Origin: Methanosaeta sp. UBA114
Lineage (GTDB): Archaea; Halobacteriota; Methanosarcinia; Methanotrichales; Methanotrichaceae
Assembly: GCA_002506335.1 (NCBI GenBank)
Contig: DAXJ01000014.1
Coordinates: 1-51,450, forward strand
Direction: 5' to 3'
Length of the DNA stretch: 51,450 nucleotides
The notes beneath the pieces are model-generated. The model searched no databases, was not told the origin of the DNA, and was given only the letters and a program-made list of their open reading frames with translations. The position numbers and the translations under genes were made by a program. Within the stretch, counting starts at the first letter, position 1; every line of letters begins with the position of its first letter. Of the stretch, positions 49,650-51,450 are shown piece after piece.

Positions 49650-50537
49650 ATGAAATGGAAGACTGATTGGGGCCTGGAGGCCAGGATGCTCTTTACCATG
49701 GTGATGTTGGGCGCCGTGTACCTAGCCTTCCTGGTGCTCCTGTACCGCTACACGGGCATAAGCACGCTGGGCATGGTCCTCATAGCAGGAGGCCTACTTC
49801 TCCTCCAGTACTTCTACTCAGACCGCCTTGTGCTCTGGTCCACAGGAGCCAGGGAGGTCTCCGAAAGCGAAGCTCCTGAGCTCCATGCCATGGTCACTAG
49901 GCTTTGTGCCATAGCAAACCTTCCCAAGCCTAGGATCGCCATAGTGAGCACCAGCGCTCCCAATGCTTTTGCCACAGGGCGGAGCCAGAAGGCATCGGTG
50001 GTGGCAGTGACCTCGGGCGTCATGAACCAGCTCGACCGCGATGAGCTGGAGGCAGTGCTGGCTCACGAGCTCACCCACGTCAAGAACAGGGACGCCGCTA
50101 TCATGACTATAGCCAGCTTCCTCTCCACCATAGCCTTCTTCCTGGTCAGGAACTTCCTCTTATTCGGAGGGGCTTACGACAGGCGCTCCAGGGACTCGGG
50201 AGGAAGCATCGTCGTGGTGTGGCTGATATCCCTTCTGGTCTGGATACTGAGCTTCATCCTCATTCGAGCCCTCTCAAGGTACAGGGAGTTTGCAGCGGAT
50301 AGGGGGTCGGCGATCATCACCGGCAGGCCATCCCATCTATCTTCGGCCCTCATGAAGCTATCCAAAATGCCTCCCAGAATTCCCGTCCAGGACTTAAGAA
50401 GGGTCGAGGTCTCCAATAACTTAAACATCGTGCCGGCCCTATCTGGCCAGTCGGTCTTCAACATCTTCTCTACCCACCCGTCAACGGAGGCCCGCATAGC
50501 GGCCCTGGAGAAGATATCCCAGGAGATGGAGACCTGA
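49650..50537 (+). CDS. htpX: Zinc metalloprotease HtpX
   Basis: PNAFATG, LAHELTH, SRYREFAAD and FSTHP motifs. Confidence 0.95.
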   Translation: MKWKTDWGLEARMLFTMVMLGAVYLAFLVLLYRYTGISTLGMVLIAGGLLLLQYFYSDRLVLWSTGAREVSESEAPELHAMVTRLCAIANLPKPRIAIVSTSAPNAFATGRSQKASVVAVTSGVMNQLDRDELEAVLAHELTHVKNRDAAIMTIASFLSTIAFFLVRNFLLFGGAYDRRSRDSGGSIVVVWLISLLVWILSFILIRALSRYREFAADRGSAIITGRPSHLSSALMKLSKMPPRIPVQDLRRVEVSNNLNIVPALSGQSVFNIFSTHPSTEARIAALEKISQEMET

Positions 50538-50541
50538 TAGG

Positions 50542-51100
50542 TTTTTGGGTTCAATCCTGGAAACGGCCGAGCTCCCCTCGTCCAAGACAGAGAAGCTCTT
50601 TTCCATATCCACGGCTGAGGTGACCCTGGAGACGAAGTTTAACCTGAAACATGATGGTTCAGCTAGCGGTCTGCATAAAATCCGTGGAGTCTTCCAGGTG
50701 TGAGACCCCCTGGTCAGAGGTCGAGGGCCTTCTCAAGATCAGTTCCAATGAGACCAAGACTGAGTACAGCGTCCAGAAGGATTCATACAACTACCTCTGG
50801 GTGGTTCTCAGGGACCTTGACTTCGACAATCTAGTGGCCAAGGTGCAAATGGTGAGCTCGACATTGATCTATGAGGGCTTTGGGACCCAACTTCTAGCTG
50901 CCATTTACAGATTCAAAGGAAACACGATGGTCTACTGGATTTACAGCTTCAATGAGGGCACGTACTATCCCTTCGTGCCCTCGGGATCAAGCCGGAGGGA
51001 TAACGCCTTTAAGCTTCGGCTCAAGTCGGTGGTGGAGACAGGGCTGCCCATAGTTAAAGATCTGATAAGTTGGTATCACCTTTGGAGCACGCCAATTTAG
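50542..51100 (+). pseudogene. PspAB-like protein split by a frameshift
   Basis: FLGSILETAELP..KTEKLFSISTAEVTLETK is in one frame and AVCIKSVES...GFGTQLLAA...GTYYPFVP...RDN in another, with the shift near 50663. Follows htpX. Confidence 0.6.
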
Positions 51101-51450
51101 AAAATCCTTCCCCTGCAGGCAGGGGTAATTTAATGTGTTCGAATGAATGAGCACCGATCTGAAGAATGAAAAACCTCAAGGATAGCTTACGATTCCTGCC
51201 TCTGTATTCATCAGGCGCCGAGTCCAAGCAGGACTTCCTTCTACATAGTTGCCCTCACCACCAAGGTCCTTCTCATGGGGGCAACCATTCCCACGCCGCT
51301 TTATGGACTGTACAGGCAGGCTTCTCCCTACCCTCGATCTCCATCACTCTAATCTATAGGCCTTACGCCTTTGCCATAGTGCCCATCTTCTTCTTAACCT
51401 GAAGCCTTAGCTGTCCGGAAATATGGTCCAGAAACGTATCACAGCTAATC

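Noticed and set aside
1..51450. CRISPR array, tRNA or rRNA genes
   Set aside because: I saw no regularly spaced repeats, cloverleaf or rRNA signatures by eye. A tRNAscan or Infernal run would be needed to exclude short RNAs.

Overview
Archaeal methanogen chromosome segment, most consistent with Methanotrichaceae (Methanothrix-like). This assignment is inferred from gene content: MptD, an MptN-like ligase, AhbC, archaeosortase A, SRP19 and S17e. It is mostly housekeeping: nurA (partial, missing from the ORF track), nifB-like radical SAM, hemL-hemC-cobA/hemD-ahbC, larC, thiD-rps17e-dapA-dapB, artA-psd-pssA-mptD, moaA, thiL, mptN, purA, slyD-like and htpX. These are interleaved with many decayed genes (MFS, GNAT, sodium:solute symporter, geranylgeranyl reductase, IS5 transposase, TPR, double cupredoxin, lamin-tail, pspAB). 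The most striking observation is an array of paralogous small-protein genes at 6.7-9.8 kb. It has three intact ORFs of 62, 47 and 40 aa (two absent from the ORF track) and one decayed fourth copy. The intact copies share the core VEP[IL]KPGDxRxx[RK]KxSL[IL]xTC, each copy has its own BRE/TATA at nearly the same spacing, and the array flanks an APC amino-acid permease. I found no rRNA, tRNA or CRISPR array by eye.
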